Assembly: GCA_965198115.1 (NCBI GenBank)
Contig: OZ240241.1
Span: forward strand, 2,848,001-2,912,000
DNA length: 64,000 bases
Direction: 5' to 3'
Source: Candidatus Latescibacterota bacterium
Lineage (GTDB): Bacteria; Latescibacterota; UBA2968
Numbering within the stretch: the stretch's first letter is position 1; the number at the start of each line of letters is the position of its first letter. A program made the translations under genes and the position numbers. The notes under the pieces were generated by a model. The model was not told the DNA's origin, did not search any database, and saw only the letters and a program-made list of their open reading frames with translations. Below, in pieces: positions 22,678 through 29,716 of this stretch.

Positions 22678-22766
22678 TGGAGGAGGGCACAGGAGTCGAA
22701 CCCGCACCGTTTCCGATGGCGTCACGGTTTTCAAGACCGTTTCCAGTCCACACTGGGCTACCCTCG
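22678..22766 (-). tRNA. tRNA-Ser(TGA), atypical
   Basis: ACGGT-CTTGAAA-ACCGT, long V-arm, CCA; C1.C72 mismatch and odd D-arm. Confidence 0.75.
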
Positions 22767-22807
22767 ATATGGACGAGCCTGATGACGACATCGTGACTCC
22801 TCTGGTC

Positions 22808-22884
22808 TGGCTCCGGTGGTAGGATTCGAACCTACGACTGACAGTGGTTAACAGCCACCCGCTCTGCCACTGAGCTACACCGGA
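22808..22884 (-). tRNA. tRNA-Asn(GTT)
   Basis: GTGG-CTGTTAA-CCAC, canonical D and T arms, CCA. Confidence 0.9.
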
Positions 22885-22889
22885 ACAGA

Positions 22890-22962
22890 TGGTAGCGGGG
22901 ACGGGAGTCGAACCCGCCAAAGCCGGGATATGAGCCCGGCGTGCGCACCAGCGCTCCCCGCA
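22890..22962 (-). tRNA. Initiator-type tRNA-fMet(CAT) with shortened D-arm
   Basis: CCGGG-CTCATAT-CCCGG (three G-C pairs), T1.T72 mismatch, CCA. Confidence 0.8.
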
Positions 22963-22969
22963 CAAGGTT

Positions 22970-23043
22970 TGGAGCGATCGGAGGGAGTCGAACCCTCATC
23001 ATCAGCTTGGAAGGCTGAGGCCCTGCCGTTAGACGACGATCGC
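22970..23043 (-). tRNA. tRNA-Gly(TCC)
   Basis: TCAGC-CTTCCAA-GCTGA, T73, CCA. Confidence 0.9.
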
Positions 23044-23044
23044 T

Positions 23045-23109
23045 CTGAACCCGACGTTGCGCGTCGCCTCGTTCCTCCTTGTAAGGCCGGGCATTGCGCT
23101 CACTCGGGT
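23045..23109 (-). pseudogene. Degenerate tRNA-Val(TAC) remnant
   Basis: CTTACAAGGAGG anticodon-arm half and ACCCGA/TCGGGT acceptor-like pairing; no intact T-loop or CCA. Confidence 0.4.
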
Positions 23110-23112
23110 AAG

Positions 23113-23189
23113 TGGTAGTCGCCCCGGGATTCGAACCCGGACTGAACGCGCCCTCAACGCGATCCCTCTGCCGGTTGGGGTAGGCGACT
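23113..23189 (-). tRNA. tRNA-Leu(GAG) without long variable arm (77 nt)
   Basis: CGCG-TTGAGGG-CGCG, 5-nt V-loop TCAGT, A73, CCA. Confidence 0.85.
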
Positions 23190-23190
23190 C

Positions 23191-23267
23191 TGGTAGGGGC
23201 GGAGAGATTCGAACTCTCACTTTACACGGTCTGAACGTGCTCCCTCTGCCGATTGGGGTACGCCCCT
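23191..23267 (-). tRNA. tRNA-Leu(CAG) without long variable arm (77 nt)
   Basis: GCACG-TTCAGAC-CGTGT, 5-nt V-loop AAAGT, A73, CCA. Confidence 0.85.
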
Positions 23268-23272
23268 AATGT

Positions 23273-23346
23273 TGGTGCCCGCTGGAGGACTCGAACCCCC
23301 ATTTCGTGGTCCGTAGCCACGCGGTAATCCCTTAGCCTAAACGGGC
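23273..23346 (-). tRNA. tRNA-Arg(ACG)
   Basis: CGTGG-CTACGGA-CCACG, CCA. Confidence 0.85.
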
Positions 23347-23351
23347 AGTAC

Positions 23352-23425
23352 TGGTGTCGCGGGACGGATTCGAACCGCCACTGTCTGGTCTTCAGCCAGA
23401 GGTGCTACCGTTACACCACCACGAC
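23352..23425 (-). tRNA. tRNA-Phe(GAA)
   Basis: TCTGG-CTGAAGA-CCAGA, CCA. Confidence 0.9.
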
Positions 23426-23430
23426 AACAT

Positions 23431-23506
23431 TGGGGTGATCGATGGGATTCGAACCCACGGCGACCCGGTCCACAGCCGGGCGTTCTACCGCTGAACTACG
23501 ATCACC
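23431..23506 (-). tRNA. tRNA-His(GTG)
   Basis: CCCGG-CTGTGGA-CCGGG, G-1:C73, CCA. Confidence 0.9.
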
Positions 23507-23510
23507 ACGA

Positions 23511-23597
23511 TGGGGCCGGTGGCAGGACTTGCACCGGCGTGGGGCTTACGCCCGGCTGCTTACAAGGCAGCTGCTGTCGCTACTGAGCCACACCGGC
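23511..23597 (-). tRNA. tRNA-Thr(TGT) with long variable arm (87 nt)
   Basis: GCTGC-CTTGTAA-GCAGC, V-arm GGGC-GTAA-GCCC, T-loop TGCAAGT, G1-C72 and C2-G71, CCA. Confidence 0.8.
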
Positions 23598-23606
23598 AGT
23601 CTGTTT

Positions 23607-23681
23607 TGGAGCGTCCGAGGGGAATCGAACCCCTGTCTGCGCGATGGCAACGCACCGTCTTGGCCGCTGGACCACGGACGC
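23607..23681 (-). tRNA. tRNA-Gly(GCC)
   Basis: GTGCG-TTGCCAT-CGCGC, CCA. Confidence 0.9.
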
Positions 23682-23689
23682 TGTCTGTC

Positions 23690-23764
23690 TGGCGCCCCCA
23701 CGGGGAGTCGAACCCCGATTTGCTGATCGACAATCAGCTGTCCTGGCCGTTAGACGATGGGAGC
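23690..23764 (-). tRNA. tRNA-Asp(GTC)
   Basis: GCTGA-TTGTCGA-TCAGC, G73, CCA. Confidence 0.9.
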
Positions 23765-23765
23765 G

Positions 23766-23841
23766 TGGTGGACCGGGTAGGCTTCGAACCTACGATCTCC
23801 CGCTTAAGAGGCGGGTGCTGTGCCGACTTAGCTACCGATCC
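23766..23841 (-). tRNA. tRNA-Lys(CTT)
   Basis: CCCGC-CTCTTAA-GCGGG, CCA. Confidence 0.9.
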
Positions 23842-23856
23842 ACGATTTCAAAGAGC

Positions 23857-23931
23857 TGGAGGGCAGGGACGGAATCGAACCGTCGTTGAGCCGGGTTGCA
23901 ACCGGCCGCTTTGCCACTTAGCTACCCGCCC
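23857..23931 (-). tRNA. tRNA-Cys(GCA)
   Basis: GCCGG-TTGCAAC-CCGGC, T73, CCA. Confidence 0.9.
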
Positions 23932-24004
23932 TGGCGCGCCGTCGAGGTGTCGAGCCCCGCACACCGGGTTTTGGAGACCCGATTGGACGCCGGTCCCCGG
24001 CGCG
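23932..24004 (-). tRNA. tRNA-Trp(CCA), degenerate D and T arms
   Basis: CGGGT-CTCCAAA-ACCCG, CGCGCCG/CGGCGCG acceptor-like pairing, CCA; T-loop lacks TTC. Confidence 0.65.
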
Positions 24005-24008
24005 TATC

Positions 24009-24076
24009 TGGTGACCCCGGAGAGTCGAACTCTCAAGGTTCTTAACCTGATGCGTATGCCATTCCGCCACGGGGTC
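24009..24076 (-). pseudogene. Truncated tRNA-Leu-like gene with AAG anticodon (68 nt)
   Basis: Leu-type D-arm GCGGAATGGCATACGC, AGG-TTAAGAA-CCT, V-arm missing, 5-nt T-loop, perfect acceptor stem and ACCA. Confidence 0.65.
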
Positions 24077-24080
24077 GTGT

Positions 24081-24157
24081 TGGTTGGCGCGGTCGGACTT
24101 GAACCGACTGTCTCTCGCTTATAAGACGAGTGCCTTTACCCCTTAGGCTACGCGCCG
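24081..24157 (-). tRNA. tRNA-Ile(TAT)
   Basis: CTCGT-CTTATAA-GCGAG, C4-G69, A73, C1.A72 mismatch, CCA. Confidence 0.85.
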
Positions 24158-24163
24158 ACAAAA

Positions 24164-24238
24164 TGGTGACGACGGAGGGAGTCGAACCCTCGTCTTCTGG
24201 TTGAAAACCAGAGATCCTGACCGTTGAACGACGCCGTC
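24164..24238 (-). tRNA. tRNA-Glu(TTC)
   Basis: TCTGG-TTTTCAA-CCAGA, CCA. Confidence 0.9.
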
Positions 24239-24313
24239 TGGTGGCCCGAGCAGGAATCGAACCTGCCTCGAGCGGTTTAGAAGACCGCTGCCTCTCCAAT
24301 AGGCTATCGGGCC
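24239..24313 (-). tRNA. tRNA-Arg(TCT)
   Basis: GCGGT-CTTCTAA-ACCGC, CCA; abuts tRNA-Glu with no spacer. Confidence 0.9.
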
Positions 24314-24315
24314 GT

Positions 24316-24392
24316 TGGTGCGCCCGACAGGATTCGAACCTGCACAGTTCAGATTAAAAGTCTGATACCCGACCGGATTGGGTGACGGACGC
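24316..24392 (-). tRNA. tRNA-Lys(TTT)
   Basis: TCAGA-CTTTTAA-TCTGA, CCA. Confidence 0.9.
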
Positions 24393-24443
24393 ACGGATTC
24401 CGTGTCTTCTCGTTTTCCTGTGTTTTCGTGGTCTGCGTTTCAT
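24354..24443 (-). other. Candidate 29-aa Lys/Arg-rich mini-ORF overlapping tRNA-Lys(TTT)
   Basis: MKRRPRKHRKTRRHGIRASVTQSGRVSDF; GGA upstream of the ATG; stop codon lies in the anticodon loop. Confidence 0.4.
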
Positions 24444-24457
24444 CGTGCGTTCCGTTT

Positions 24458-24531
24458 TGGCACGGGGCTGAGGAATCGAACCCCAATTCGAAGAGTCAAA
24501 GTCTTCCGTCTTCCCGTTAGACGAGCCCCGT
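24458..24531 (-). tRNA. tRNA-Gln(TTG), first gene of the array
   Basis: GAAGA-CTTTGAC-TCTTC, G73, CCA. Confidence 0.9.
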
Positions 24532-24533
24532 AC

Positions 24534-24569
24534 AAAGAAAAACCCCATCAGATCGTGGTCTGACGGGGC
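24534..24569 (-). terminator. Terminator/attenuator hairpin directly upstream of the tRNA array
   Basis: CCCCGTCAGA-CCACGA-TCTGATGGGG followed by TTTTTCTTT, ending 2 nt before tRNA-Gln. Confidence 0.75.
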
Positions 24570-25238
24570 CTCGGTGATTCTGCTTCTGCGATTGGTTCTA
24601 CGTCACCGTTACCCCGCCAGTCGAGTCTTGTGTGCCATCCAGGGCATACATAAGCGTCCACGCGGATTCAAAGGTCGCGTCGCCGCAATGGACCTGCCCG
24701 GATTTGCGTAGTGACGATATGGGAAACGATGATCTCATCGAAGGTTCTGTCTCTTGTAAAAAGGTTTTCCGCTCCTCACACAACATTAGACACACCCAAC
24801 GTCAAAGCGGTTCCGCAATTCTTCCTCGAATCCAGATATTCCAGATGGTCCCGGCCTTCTCGGCAATCTTTTCTTACAGAACCACCGGGATATGGTCGGT
24901 TGGCTGTCTGTTTGCCGCCTACTTGGATTTATCGGCAAACTTCGAGCCAATCTTATCCAGTTCATCAAATTTTTGGTAACGTGCATCCCGAAGCCCGATC
25001 CTACTTACTGTCTTGACTCGGCATCCTTGACAGTGACAGCCTGGCTCGTTGCGAGCTGGTCTACATAGTCCTTGTATCTGCCCATTCTTACTCCGTGATT
25101 GCAGACGCTTTACCTGAGACGAGGACAGGCGCACCTGTGTTTCGTCGAGTTGACAGGCAAGGATCGGTAGTTTCGATGCCGATGACATCCACTTTCTGTG
25201 CAGTCTGTACAGTCAGGTTAGGGACGATATTGGCCTGA

Positions 25239-25868
25239 ATGTGCTTTCAAGCTGTCAAATGGCTCAAGAAACACCCTCTCGCAACGGTGACGCCCACTGG
25301 ATCGCTCCCCTCGCTCACAACGGCCGTGACTGGCGAGAACGTCAGGGGCAGCTGGTGGAGTCACCCGAAAGCGCACGACATCTACGCCGCCTGCCAGGCC
25401 CTGGATCGAAGCCCTTTCGTTCTCACCACCAAGTTGGTCAACCCCAAGGTCACCTTCATTCATCGTCGGATCTGGGGAGAGCTCTTGCGTGTGACCCTCG
25501 ATCGCGAGTGGGAAAGGGCCACGACCGTCGGCCTCGATCCCGCCACGAGAAGGATGCTCAGAAAAGTCAAGACTCTGGGTTGCGTTCGCTGGAACGACCT
25601 GACCGAGAGATCGCGAACAGACAGAAAGGTACTGCTCCAACGTCGACAAGCAGTCATCGAGAGGGGACTCGTTATCACGAGCCAAATGCACACCGAATCT
25701 GGCCGCCATACCGCTTTACTACAGTCCTGGCAGAACTTCTCCGAAGAGACAGCATCGCGACCCCATACAACCCTCGCCCTCTCCGAGGCGCTCGAACGGA
25801 TGAGAACCTGGGCGAAAGGTTGTGCGTTGACGATCGATGCTTTTTCCCGTGGGGGTGAAGCAGAGTAG
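25239..25868 (+). CDS. Hypothetical protein
   Basis: 209-aa ORF; RGSWWSHPKAHDIY...KLVNPKVTFIHRRIW. Confidence 0.65.
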   Translation: MCFQAVKWLKKHPLATVTPTGSLPSLTTAVTGENVRGSWWSHPKAHDIYAACQALDRSPFVLTTKLVNPKVTFIHRRIWGELLRVTLDREWERATTVGLDPATRRMLRKVKTLGCVRWNDLTERSRTDRKVLLQRRQAVIERGLVITSQMHTESGRHTALLQSWQNFSEETASRPHTTLALSEALERMRTWAKGCALTIDAFSRGGEAE

Positions 25869-25958
25869 TCATCGAGGCCGACACTCGTGCGGGCCAGCCC
25901 TCTGCCAATGGATCCTAGTACCTGACGCCGAACGGCCATTGAATTTTGACATCGACCT

Positions 25959-27889
25959 ATGAACAGACCGTTTGATAGCTGGAAGCCCATCACCGAAGAC
26001 GACGATGCCATCGCGTCAGCCCTCGAATCGGCCAACATCCCCACGTTGATGATGGCACTCGTCCACATCACCGGCGATGCAAGCATCATCCGAGGCGACA
26101 TCCGACCCGATTACTCGGTCCTCTACGACACGACGCTCGGCCTCACGAAAGATCAGAAGGCGGAGATCAGGGCGATCGCACTCGAAGTTCTCAAAGCGTA
26201 CCGAGACGCAGGATGCCCCTTGCCGGCGAAACTCGCGATCGAGCAGATTCGGCCGATGCTCGGATTCCTCACGGCGCGTGACCTCACGGACGACTACGTC
26301 GAGTTTCTGATGGGAGACCTTTCCCTGGGAGGCGAGGATCCTTATCAGCAGCCGGGTCTTCATCTTCTTTAAAAGAAAAACGTCAGGCATTTCAGGTTCT
26401 GATCATTGGCGCCGGTATGTCGGGCATCCTCGCAGCCCACAGGCTCAAAGAAGCGGGTATCGGGTTCGAGATCGTCGAGAAGAACAGCGATGTGGGCGGA
26501 ACCTGGTTGGAAAACACCTATCCCGGCTGTCGGGTCGATTCGCCGAATCACAGCTACTCCTACTCCTTCCTGCCGAATGACTGGCCTCAATACTACTCCC
26601 CGCGGAAAACCCTACTCGAATATTTCCAACAAGCCGCATCGGGCGCCGACATCCGTGATCACATTCGGTTCAGCACGGAAGTCGAGTCGGTCATCTTTGA
26701 CGAGCACAGCCGGACCTGGACGGTCACGGTCAAGAAGGCGGATGGGACCGAGGACAGACTCGTCGCGAACGCCGTCATCGGTGCCGTCGGCCAGCTCAAC
26801 AGACCCCGGCTCCCGGACATCGCACGACGCGAGCGTTTTGAGGGTCCCTCGTTCCACACCGCCCGATGGGAGCATCACCACGACCTGACGGGAAAACGGA
26901 TCGGCGTCATCGGAACGGGCGCGAGTGCGTTCCAGACCGTGCCCGAAATCGCGAAACAGGCCACGGACGTCTTCGTTTTCCAACGTACGCCGCCCTGGAT
27001 CTCCATTCGGCCCGAATACCACGACGATGTTCCCGCGGGCAAGCATTGGTTGCTCAACCACGTCCCTTACTACGCAAAGTGGTTCCGGTTTTATATGTTC
27101 TGGCGTTCGTCCGAGGGTCTTCTGCCGTGGGTGATGAAGGATGATGCGTGGGAGGATCAGTCGCGCTCGGTTGGGCCGGAGAACGATGAACTGCGCAGGG
27201 TCTTGACGGAGAGAATGGCCTCAATCATCGAGGACGACGAGGATCTGTTGAAGAAATCCATTCCCGACTTTCCACCCGCCGGGAAGCGAATGCTCGTCGA
27301 CAACGGCACCTATCTGAGAGCCCTCAAGCGAGAAAACGTCCACCTGATCACCGATCCGATTGCAGAGATTACCGAAACCGGCGTATCAGCCGAATCGGGC
27401 GCACACTACGATGCCGACGTGCTCATCTACGCGACAGGCTTTCACCCCAGTCGGATTCTCTGGCCGATGGAAATTCGGGGGCTCGGGGGTCTCGACCTCC
27501 AGACGCATTGGGACGGGGACCCTCACGCCTACAAGGGTGTCAGCATCCCCGGATTCCCCAATTTCTTCTGTATGTACGGGCCGAACACCAACATCGTCGT
27601 GAACGGGAGCATCATCTTCTTCTCAGAGTGCGAAATGCGTTACATCCTCGGATGCATCAAGCTCCTGATCGAGAACGAGCACTCGGCGATGGACTGTCGC
27701 CAGGATGTTCACGACGCCTACAACGAATGGATCGACCAGGGCAACGCGAACACGGCGTGGGGCGCACCTCACGTCAGGAGTTGGTACAAGAATGAAAGGG
27801 GCCGTGTCACACAGAACTGGCCCTACTCGATGATGGCGTTCTGGTCCCAGTCGAAGGCGCCCGATCCATCGGACTACATCTTTACCTGA
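25959..27889 (+). pseudogene. Baeyer-Villiger/flavin monooxygenase with N-terminal extension (HAPMO-like), frameshift at ~26370
   Basis: IIGAGMSG, GGTWLENTYPG, FHTARW fingerprint, GTGASA; split into ORFs 25959..26372 and 26417..27889. Confidence 0.85.
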
Positions 27890-29013
27890 TGGAGAAGCCC
27901 GTGGACCCCGACCTTTTGACGAGATACGAGCGAGACGGATACGTGCTGGTGGAAGGGGCTCTCGATCCCGGGCGGGACATCGAGCCTTTCAAGGATGCCT
28001 ACACGCGGTTGATCGATGCCCTCGCGTATGCTTATCTGGCCGAATCCGGTCTGTCCATCCGGGACTACGACTGCCTGACCCTGCCGGAACGATTCGCGAC
28101 GCTGTTGGGCGCGAGCGGGGCCACTGCGCTCCACCATCTAGATCCGGTACTCAACAGCTTTCTTCCGCACTACCAGAGGCGCCCCGATCTCCCTAGCGCT
28201 CAGACACCGATGCTCTTCGACTTCATCTCGCACCCGTGCGTGCTGGATGTCGTAGAGGCGCTGATCGGTCCCGAAGTGACGGCCTCGCCCATCTACCACA
28301 TCAACTTCAAGCTCGCAGACAAACACCTGGATCTCGTCAAACGCGTGGTGTCAGAAACGGGCCGGAACAGACCCAGGCTCAACGAAGGGGCGACGAACAA
28401 CCCCGACGACGATCCGGCGCTGGAACGGTTTTACGCATTCCAGGTGGGCAAGACCGACTGGCATATGGATGCGATCAGCAGGCTCTACGATTCACACGAA
28501 AGCAACATCGCAAACGCGTGGATCCCCGTGACCGAGGCAAACGAGAAGAATGGCTGTCTGACCGTCATCCCAGGCAGCCATAGGGAGGGCGTACGTGGCG
28601 CACCCTTCCCCGACGAGGAGCTAGAAAGGGCGGTCTCACTGCCTGCCAGCCCAGGCGACATCGTCGTTCTTCACAACAAAGTCCTTCACAGCTCGACGGC
28701 CAACTCGAGCGAGGAAGATTTTCGATGGGCTTTCAACTTTCGCTATCTGCCGACGGGCGAGCCGTCGGGACGTCCTTTCCTGCCTGGCTTTATCGCTCGC
28801 AGCCGGTCCGCGCCCGAAACCGAGCTCAAGAATCCGTATCTGTGGAGCGCAATGTGGCAGAAAGCACTCGATCACTTATCCGAACACGGCTCACCGTATT
28901 CCTACACGGACTTGCGAGAGGGCAAACTCGACCTCGACTTCGCAAAAGATCTCACGACTCAATGGAATAAGCAGGTACCAGCGCCCCACGATTGGCTGGC
29001 TTTGGATACCTGA
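27889..29013 (+). CDS. PhyH-family dioxygenase
   Basis: YERDGYVLVEG, WHMD, NGCLTVIPGSH, LHSS motifs. Confidence 0.85.
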   Translation: MEKPVDPDLLTRYERDGYVLVEGALDPGRDIEPFKDAYTRLIDALAYAYLAESGLSIRDYDCLTLPERFATLLGASGATALHHLDPVLNSFLPHYQRRPDLPSAQTPMLFDFISHPCVLDVVEALIGPEVTASPIYHINFKLADKHLDLVKRVVSETGRNRPRLNEGATNNPDDDPALERFYAFQVGKTDWHMDAISRLYDSHESNIANAWIPVTEANEKNGCLTVIPGSHREGVRGAPFPDEELERAVSLPASPGDIVVLHNKVLHSSTANSSEEDFRWAFNFRYLPTGEPSGRPFLPGFIARSRSAPETELKNPYLWSAMWQKALDHLSEHGSPYSYTDLREGKLDLDFAKDLTTQWNKQVPAPHDWLALDT

Positions 29014-29034
29014 GCAACGGCCTGGCACAGAAAA

Positions 29035-29063
29035 GGAGGTCACGCCCCAGAGACGTGACCTCC
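29035..29063. terminator. Terminator hairpin between convergent genes
   Basis: GGAGGTCACG...CGTGACCTCC. Confidence 0.65.
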
Positions 29064-29086
29064 CTTCGCCATTCCTGATAACCGTT

Positions 29087-29716
29087 TCACCGCCACTTTG
29101 TCTTCAACGCCTGACCCTTCTTCGCGCTCTGCACGGCCAGGTCCAGGATGTGAATCGGACGCCGAGCCCATTCGGGCGTGATCACGAGCGAATGTCCTTT
29201 CACCAGATGCGCAGCCACGTTCCGGTAGAACTTCGGCCATTGGCTCGCCATATTGTCGCCCTTCGTGCTGACCCGTGTGTCTCCCTTCTGCTGGATCATC
29301 TCATACATTCGCCCATCGAGCACGTAACTTCCCTTCGTCCCCGAAATCTCCAGTTGCCCCGCTTTCGGGTTCGTCTCGATCGACGAAACGGTCAGCGTCA
29401 ACCACGTACCCCCCTTGAACCGAACCACGGTGGATGCGACATCTTCGTTCGTATCCTCCTTCCACCGCGTCTTCCGCGCCCAATAGCCCCGCCTCGCGTA
29501 GCCGGTGACCTCGACCATCTCGTCGTCGATGATCTGCAGCGCATACTCCAGCAGATGCACACCCCAGTCATATAGAATGCCTCCGGAGATCGAGTTACTG
29601 GTCCGCCACCAATCCCCCGGTTGGCCGTATCCTCCAATGTGGGCTTCCACGCGATACACATCACCGATCGCCTTTTCACGCCGAATGTGCCTCAACGCTT
29701 CCAGTACACAGCCGTC
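29087..29716 (-). pseudogene. 3' half of a Gfo/Idh/MocA oxidoreductase (5' half at 47894-48311)
   Basis: DGCVLEALRH...SGGILYDWGVHLL; begins with the 13-bp duplication GACGGCTGTGTAC. Confidence 0.9.

Noticed and set aside
22585-24394. ORF-track proteins across the tRNA array
   Set aside because: Artefacts of GC-rich tRNA sequence; only the ATG-initiated spacer mini-ORF was kept as a candidate.
24700-25200. Coding gene upstream of the tRNA array
   Set aside because: Short, stop-interrupted frames on both strands with no recognisable motif; at most a decayed relic.
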